A stretch of DNA of 64,000 nucleotides from an uncultured Spirochaetota bacterium (GTDB lineage: Bacteria; Spirochaetota; Brevinematia; Brevinematales; JAOACQ01). The stretch lies in the NCBI GenBank assembly GCA_963768055.1, contig CAVYGN010000002.1, positions 544,001 to 608,000 of the forward strand, written 5' to 3'. Below, in pieces: positions 57,959 to 64,000 of this stretch (position 1 is the stretch's first letter; each line of letters begins with the position of its first letter). A model generated the notes under the pieces. That model worked only from the letters and a program-made list of their open reading frames with translations. It was not told where the DNA came from and ran no database searches. The position numbers and the translations under genes are program-made.

Positions 57959-58801
57959 ATGTTTAAGATAAAGGAAATATACAGTCTGGCGCCGGGGACC
58001 CTTCACGCTCTTATAGACGCCCCTTTTATAGCGAAAAAGGCTCAAGCGGGACAATTTGTAATAATCAGAGGTTCCGAGAAAGGCGAAAGGATACCATTAA
58101 CCATCGCGGATTATGACAGGGCTAATGGAACCATATCTATCGTTTTCCAGGTATTGGGAAAATCTACAACACAACTTGCAAATCTTAAGAAAAACGATAC
58201 GCTTCCCGATCTCTTAGGCCCTCAGGGTAATCCATCCGAGATAAGTAATTTCGGCCGGGTTGCCGTAATTGGAGGAGGGGTTGGCGTGGCCGCAGCTTAT
58301 CCTGTAGCTAAAAGCTTAAAAAAATCTCTTAACAATGTCATAACGGTAGCAGGTTTCCGCTCCAAGGATAACTTATTCTGGATTGAAAAGATGGAAAAGG
58401 TTTCAGACAGGCTTCTAATATCGACAAATGACGGTTCTCATGGAAAAAAAGGTTTTGTAACGGATATTTTAAAAGAAATCCTGGACAGCGGCGATAAAAT
58501 CGACAGGGTTATAGCTATAGGACCGGCGATAATGATGAAATCAGTAGCAGATTTAACGAGAAATTATAATATTAAAACTATCGTAAGCCTTAATTCACTT
58601 ATGGTCTGCGGTATGGGTATGTGCGGCGCTTGCCGGGTTACAATCGGGGGGAAAACTAATTTCACCTGCATGGACGGCCCTGATTTCGACGGACATCTTG
58701 TCGATTTTAAAGAGTTAATGATGAGATTGGATTCTTATAGACATGAGGAGAAAACCTGCCTTGAGAGATGGAATAGAGAGTGCATTAATGTCCCCGGCTA
58801 A
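57959..58801 (+). CDS. nfnA: Electron-bifurcating transhydrogenase small subunit (NfnA/SudB)
   Basis: GQFVIIR...GERIPLTIAD, GGGVG, MVCGMGMCGACRV, CMDGPDFDGH. Confidence 0.9.
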   Translation: MFKIKEIYSLAPGTLHALIDAPFIAKKAQAGQFVIIRGSEKGERIPLTIADYDRANGTISIVFQVLGKSTTQLANLKKNDTLPDLLGPQGNPSEISNFGRVAVIGGGVGVAAAYPVAKSLKKSLNNVITVAGFRSKDNLFWIEKMEKVSDRLLISTNDGSHGKKGFVTDILKEILDSGDKIDRVIAIGPAIMMKSVADLTRNYNIKTIVSLNSLMVCGMGMCGACRVTIGGKTNFTCMDGPDFDGHLVDFKELMMRLDSYRHEEKTCLERWNRECINVPG

Positions 58802-60200
58802 AAAACAGGTTAAAATGAGGGAGCAGAGCCCTCTTGAAAGGATAAACAATTGGAACGAAGTTCCTTTAGGCTATTCCGCCGATGAGGCCATTTTAGAAAG
58901 CCAAAGGTGTCTTCAATGCCGAAATAAGCCATGTATAAAGGGTTGCCCGGTTTTAATAGAAATACCGGAATTTATTAAAGCTATCGTGGAAAACAATTTC
59001 CAGGAAGCGATCGATATAATACACAAAAGCGATGCGCTACCTGCGGTAACAGGAAGAGTTTGCCCTCAGGAAGATCAATGCCAGCTTTTATGCATAGCAG
59101 GCAAAACCGGCGATCCCATTTCCATCGGACGTCTTGAACGATTCTCGGCAGATTGGGATTTAAATAACAGAATCTTTTTAACTAACGGAATCGACGGCAT
59201 CGGTGTTTCTCCTGGGGAAAAGCGAGTAGCGGTCGTAGGCTCCGGGCCGGCAGGTTTAAGCTGCGCAGCAGATCTTGCAAGAAACGGTTATCAGGTAACT
59301 GTTTTCGAAGGTTATCATAAACCGGGAGGTGTTCTTGTTTATGGAATTCCAGAATTCAGGCTTCCCAAGTTAATTGTCAAAAGCGAAATCGATTTTCTGA
59401 TAAACCTTGGCGTCACTTTTATGACTAACATTCTGATTGGAAGGGCGCTCACTATAGAGGATTTATTCAACGAAGGGTATGAGGCAATATTCATAGGGAC
59501 CGGCGCTGGGCTTCCCAAATTTATGAATATTCCCGGGGAGAATCTTAACGCCATATATTCGGCAAATGAGTTCCTTACCCGGGTTAATCTTATGAAGGCA
59601 TATCTTGCCGAAGAATATGACACACCCGTGAGGCATGGGAAAAATGTGGCTGTAATCGGCGGGGGAAATGTGGCAATGGACGCTGCAAGAACAGCTATAA
59701 GGCTCGGGGCCGAGCATGTTTATATAGTATACCGTAGAACGGAAAACGAAATGCCTGCAAGAATTGAGGAAATGCATCATGCCCTCGAAGAGGGCATTGA
59801 ATTTTTAACTTTGACTGCTCCGGTCCTTTATAAGGGTGATGAAAACGGTTTCGTTAAAAACATGGTCTGCCAAAAAATGGAACTGGGAGAACCCGATGCA
59901 TCCGGCCGAAGAAGCCCTAAACCTTTAAAAGGTTCTGAGTTTTCAATGGCAGTCGATGAAGTGATAGTGGCAATCGGTTCAACGCCGAATCCGATAATTG
60001 CCCGGACAACTCATAGCCTGAACTTAAAAAAGAACGGCGAAATAATTATCGATGACAAATGCAGAACATCTGTTAAAGGCGTTTTTGCCGGAGGGGACAT
60101 AGTCACGGGATCGGCTACAGTTGTAACCGCTATGGGAACAGGCAGACTCGCAGCAAAATCCATCCATGAATATTTCCAAAAAGGGAATTGGGATTCATAA
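58788..60200 (+). CDS. nfnB: Electron-bifurcating transhydrogenase large subunit (NfnB/SudA)
   Basis: RCLQC..PC..GCP, GRVCPQE.QC, GSGPAGL, YGIPEFRLP, GGGNVAMD, YRR; downstream of nfnA. Confidence 0.9.
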   Translation: MSPAKKQVKMREQSPLERINNWNEVPLGYSADEAILESQRCLQCRNKPCIKGCPVLIEIPEFIKAIVENNFQEAIDIIHKSDALPAVTGRVCPQEDQCQLLCIAGKTGDPISIGRLERFSADWDLNNRIFLTNGIDGIGVSPGEKRVAVVGSGPAGLSCAADLARNGYQVTVFEGYHKPGGVLVYGIPEFRLPKLIVKSEIDFLINLGVTFMTNILIGRALTIEDLFNEGYEAIFIGTGAGLPKFMNIPGENLNAIYSANEFLTRVNLMKAYLAEEYDTPVRHGKNVAVIGGGNVAMDAARTAIRLGAEHVYIVYRRTENEMPARIEEMHHALEEGIEFLTLTAPVLYKGDENGFVKNMVCQKMELGEPDASGRRSPKPLKGSEFSMAVDEVIVAIGSTPNPIIARTTHSLNLKKNGEIIIDDKCRTSVKGVFAGGDIVTGSATVVTAMGTGRLAAKSIHEYFQKGNWDS

Positions 60201-60229
60201 TTACATAATCAGAAAAGACGGGGGTGATC

Positions 60230-60730
60230 ATGAAAGAAAATAATCAGTCCTGTGACTGTTTAAAAGAAACTGAAAAAGAAAAATACGAAAGAATCGCAGA
60301 AGTGATCAAGCTGTATAAGAACAGAGATGGAAGCCTCATACAGATCCTTCATCTGGCGCAGGGAATATTCGGCTATCTGCCCCTGGAACTCCAGCAATTT
60401 ATAGCCGAACACCTCAACATGCCCCTCTCCGAAGTTTACGGAGTAGCAACATTCTATTCATTTTTTTCAACAAAAAAAAGAGGCAAATACATTATCCGCG
60501 TCTGCATGGGAACTGCCTGCTATGTCCGCGGAGGTAAAAAGATTATTGAAAAACTTAAAGAAATTCTTGAAATTGAACCCGGCGACACCACTGCTGATGG
60601 GAAATTCTCTTTTGAAGTCATGAGATGCATTGGCGCCTGCGGGCTGGCCCCGGCCATCACTATTAACGATAAGGTCTATAAGCAGGTCAATCCGGATAAA
60701 TTGAAAGCTCTGCTTGTCAATTTTCTATAA
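60230..60730 (+). CDS. NuoE/HydC-like 2Fe-2S subunit
   Basis: VATFYSFF, VCMGTACYVRG, CIGACGLAP. Confidence 0.92.
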   Translation: MKENNQSCDCLKETEKEKYERIAEVIKLYKNRDGSLIQILHLAQGIFGYLPLELQQFIAEHLNMPLSEVYGVATFYSFFSTKKRGKYIIRVCMGTACYVRGGKKIIEKLKEILEIEPGDTTADGKFSFEVMRCIGACGLAPAITINDKVYKQVNPDKLKALLVNFL

Positions 60731-60743
60731 AGGGAGTAACTTA

Positions 60744-63700
60744 ATGAATAAAAAGATCGAAACTGGAAATGACCTCATTAAAATAAAAAATGATACTGTC
60801 AATGAAATAAAAAAGTATAAATATACGATACTTCTTTGCGGAGGAGCAGGATGTGTTTCTTCCGACTGTCTTGCCGTCAAGGAAGCGCTGGAAAAATCCC
60901 TCAAGGAAAAAAAACTCCAGGACAGCATCCTGATAAAGCTTACAGGCTGCATAGGAACTTGCGCAATAGGGCCTGTAATGATAGTGGAGCCCGACAGCGT
61001 TTTCTATACCAAACTTAAGCCGGCCGTAATTCCTAAAATTGTTGCGAGTCATTTCTTATCAAATACTGTGATCCGTGAAAAAACATATTTCGACAAAAAA
61101 ACTAATAAATATATCCCTTACATCGAGGATATAGATTTTTTTAAGAAACAGATCAAAATTGTTCTAAGGAATTGCGGTAAGATAGATTTTTCATCACTCC
61201 CGCAATATATAGCAAGCGACGGTTATTTCTCCGCAGAAAAGGCTTTGAACCACATGACGCCTGAAGAAGTAATAGAGACAGTTAAAGATTCAGGACTTCG
61301 AGGAAGGGGAGGGGGAGGGTTTTCTACAGGCCTTAAATGGGAAGCGGGAAGAAAGGCGCCCAAAGGGCAAAAATATATAGTTTGCAATGCTGATGAAGGC
61401 GACCCCGGAGCCTTTATGGACAGGAGCGTAATAGAAGGAGACCCGCATTCCGTCATAGAGGGAATGATCATCGGGGGTTACGCAATTGGAGCATCAAAGG
61501 GTTTTATCTATGTACGCGCAGAATATCCGCTTGCTGTCGAAAGACTTGAAAAAGCGATTGAGCAGGCCCGTAAGCATGGACTCTTAGGCAGAAAAATTCT
61601 CGGGAGTGGTTTTAATTTCGACCTGGAGATCAGGATCGGTGCAGGCTCTTTTGTTTGCGGAGAAGAAACCGCTCTAATGGCCTCTATCGAAGGCAAACGC
61701 GGGGAACCTCATCAAAAACCGCCCTTTCCGTTTGAAATAGGCCTTTTTTCAAAGCCGACTATTATTAATAATGTTGAAACATTCGCTAATATACCGCCGA
61801 TTTTGTTAAAGGGAAGCACCTGGTATTCTACTTTCGGCAAAGGAAACAGCAGGGGCACAAAGGTATATGCCCTTGCAGGCAATATCCAGAATACCGGGCT
61901 GGTCGAAGTCCCGATCGGCTTATCATTAGGGGAAATAGTTTTTGATATAGGCGGAGGCATACCTAAAAACAAGAAATTCAAGGCAGCCCAAACGGGAGGC
62001 CCTTCGGGGGGCTGTATAACATCGGAAAATCTTAATATTCCCCTTGATTATGATAACTTATCAAAGCTCGGAACAATAATGGGTTCAGGCGGTTTGATAA
62101 TAATGGATGAAGACACGTGCATGGTAGATATGGCAAGATTCTTTATGGATTTCGTCCAGGATGAATCCTGCAGTAAATGTACCCCTTGCAGAATTGGAAC
62201 AAAAAGAATGCTGGAAATACTCGAAAGGATCACAAAGGGCCAGGGAAAAGAGGGAGATATTGAATTGCTGAAAGAACTCGGAAGAATGATCCAGATCACC
62301 TCCGTTTGCGGCCTCGGCCAATCGGGACCTAACCCGGTTCTAAGCACTATAAATAATTTCAGGGAAGAATATGAAGAACATATTAAAAATAAATACTGCC
62401 GCGCCGGCGTATGCAGTGATCTTTTTCTATCGCCCTGCCAGAACGCATGCCCCGCTGAAGTAAATATACCCGGTTATATAGCCCTTCTGTCGGCCGGAAG
62501 GATCCGGGACGCATATAATCTTATCAGAAAAGATAATCCCTTCCCTGCGGTCTGCGGAAGGGTCTGTACTCACCCATGTGAAAGCAGGTGCAGGAGGGCC
62601 CAGCTGGATGAACCGATCGCGATCATGGACCTTAAAAGATATATAGCCGACATGGTCCTTTCTGTAGATGAACCGTATTTTGATATTGTCTTTCCTAAAA
62701 AAAACAAAAAAGTGGGTATTATAGGCGCAGGGCCTGCTGGTTTGACCTGCGGATATTATCTTGCCAGGCTTGGATACGATGTTGATATATATGAAAGCTC
62801 ATCGGAAGCGGGCGGAGTTCTGGCTTTCGGAATACCGGAATACAGGCTGCCCAAGAAAATACTGGAAAAGGAGATCGCAGCGATCGAACATGTAGGTGTT
62901 AAAATACACCTTAATATCCATATAAGCTCCGACAAAGAATTCGAAAATCTCCGTAAAAATCATGAAGCCGTATTCATAGCCACAGGGACACAATTCTCAA
63001 AAAAGATCGGAGTACAGGGCGAGGATATGGCCGGTGTATTTCATGGACTGGATTTTTTGAAGGATGTAAACCTTAAAGGATTCGATATCATTGGCGAAAA
63101 AGTAGTTGTCGTCGGGGGCGGAAATACTGCAATAGATGCGGCCAGGGTAGCTCTCCGCATCGGTGCAAAGGAAGTTACCGTTATTTACAGGCGTGAAATT
63201 GAATCGATGCCTGCAGACAGACGGGAGGTTAAAGAGACCCTCGAGGAAGGAATAAAGGTCTTATCCAATGCAACTCCGGTAAGATTTATAGGAAACTCCA
63301 AGCTGGAAAAAGTCGAATGTATAAAAATGGAATTAAAGGATTTTGATAAAAGCGGAAGAAGGAAGCCATCACCGATGGAAGGTTCGGAATTCTTTATCGA
63401 CTGTAATTCGGCCATACTTGCAGTCAGCCAGTCTTCGGACCTCCCCTTCATTAATAAGGATGAAGTGGAAATCACCGAATGGGGAACCTTTGTTACAGAT
63501 AAAAATACCCATATGACCAGTATGCAGGGAGTCTTTGCCGGAGGCGACGTCGTAAGAGGCTCGGACATTGTCATTACGGCAATTGCAGACGGTAAAAACA
63601 CAGCCAAAGCCATCGATAGATTTTTAGGCGGAAAGGGTATTCTAAATACAGGAGGGCCGATCGATATTCCCAAGGCCCAGGAAGAGAAAGCAATTATCGA

Positions 63701-63836
63701 ACATGAAAGATTTGACATGAAGTATTTAGATCCTGAAAACCGTAAAAACAATTTCAATGAAGTAGCGCTGGGTTTTCATAAATTGAATGCAATAGCAGAA
63801 TCCATGCGCTGCCTGCGCTGCGACAGGAGGGCTTGA
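60744..63836 (+). CDS. NuoF/HydB-like flavoprotein fused to a GltD-like FAD/NADPH domain
   Basis: GLRGRGGGGF, NADEGDPGAFMDR, GEETAL, CSKCTPCR; then PCQNACP, CGRVCTHPCE, GAGPAGL, GGGNTAID, YRR. Confidence 0.9.
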   Translation: MNKKIETGNDLIKIKNDTVNEIKKYKYTILLCGGAGCVSSDCLAVKEALEKSLKEKKLQDSILIKLTGCIGTCAIGPVMIVEPDSVFYTKLKPAVIPKIVASHFLSNTVIREKTYFDKKTNKYIPYIEDIDFFKKQIKIVLRNCGKIDFSSLPQYIASDGYFSAEKALNHMTPEEVIETVKDSGLRGRGGGGFSTGLKWEAGRKAPKGQKYIVCNADEGDPGAFMDRSVIEGDPHSVIEGMIIGGYAIGASKGFIYVRAEYPLAVERLEKAIEQARKHGLLGRKILGSGFNFDLEIRIGAGSFVCGEETALMASIEGKRGEPHQKPPFPFEIGLFSKPTIINNVETFANIPPILLKGSTWYSTFGKGNSRGTKVYALAGNIQNTGLVEVPIGLSLGEIVFDIGGGIPKNKKFKAAQTGGPSGGCITSENLNIPLDYDNLSKLGTIMGSGGLIIMDEDTCMVDMARFFMDFVQDESCSKCTPCRIGTKRMLEILERITKGQGKEGDIELLKELGRMIQITSVCGLGQSGPNPVLSTINNFREEYEEHIKNKYCRAGVCSDLFLSPCQNACPAEVNIPGYIALLSAGRIRDAYNLIRKDNPFPAVCGRVCTHPCESRCRRAQLDEPIAIMDLKRYIADMVLSVDEPYFDIVFPKKNKKVGIIGAGPAGLTCGYYLARLGYDVDIYESSSEAGGVLAFGIPEYRLPKKILEKEIAAIEHVGVKIHLNIHISSDKEFENLRKNHEAVFIATGTQFSKKIGVQGEDMAGVFHGLDFLKDVNLKGFDIIGEKVVVVGGGNTAIDAARVALRIGAKEVTVIYRREIESMPADRREVKETLEEGIKVLSNATPVRFIGNSKLEKVECIKMELKDFDKSGRRKPSPMEGSEFFIDCNSAILAVSQSSDLPFINKDEVEITEWGTFVTDKNTHMTSMQGVFAGGDVVRGSDIVITAIADGKNTAKAIDRFLGGKGILNTGGPIDIPKAQEEKAIIEHERFDMKYLDPENRKNNFNEVALGFHKLNAIAESMRCLRCDRRA

Positions 63837-63837
63837 C

Positions 63838-64000
63838 ATGACCAGTCTGACTATAAATAGAAAAAAAATTAATGTGAGCGACGGAATAACGATCCTTGAG
63901 GCTGCGAGGCTTAATAATATTCTGATACCGACTTTGTGTCATACAGGGATTGAGCACAGTCCCGGAGCATGCCGTATCTGTGTTGTGGAAGTTGAGGGGG
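63838..64000 (+). CDS. N-terminal 2Fe-2S domain of a HydA/NuoG/FdhA-type subunit (partial)
   Basis: MTSLTINRKKINVSDGITILEAAR...IPTLCH......GACRICVVEVEG, running off the right edge. Confidence 0.8.
   Translation, partial: MTSLTINRKKINVSDGITILEAARLNNILIPTLCHTGIEHSPGACRICVVEVEG

Overview
This is chromosomal DNA from an anaerobic, flagellated bacterium, probably a spirochaete (inferred from gene content). Most of it is housekeeping: purE, flgN-flgK-flgL-fliW-csrA, hydF, pheST, a leuCD-like dehydratase, Re-citrate synthase, bfr, an XPB helicase pair, thiD/thiC, a group 3b NiFe hydrogenase, tRNA-Ala(GGC), NfnAB, and the start of a NuoE/NuoF-GltD/HydA-like operon. Three things stand out. (1) An AT-rich two-gene cassette at about 4.0-8.9 kb encodes a dGTPase translationally coupled to a small protein with AEP primase-polymerase-like motifs. 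It is bracketed by inverted CGCAAAG-type periodic repeats and looks like an undescribed anti-phage system. It is now inactivated: the dGTPase has a nonsense codon and three A-tract frameshifts, and the partner gene is split by an IS21 with a 6-bp target duplication. (2) A dispersed family of about 220-250 nt rod-like hairpin elements (3 full and 2 half copies) shows compensatory base changes between copies. (3) Three operator-like boxes at a 23-bp period follow an unusual sugar-binding/PAS/LuxR regulator and precede a short ORF-less, terminator-capped unit. All assignments come from motif recognition by eye; no searches were run.
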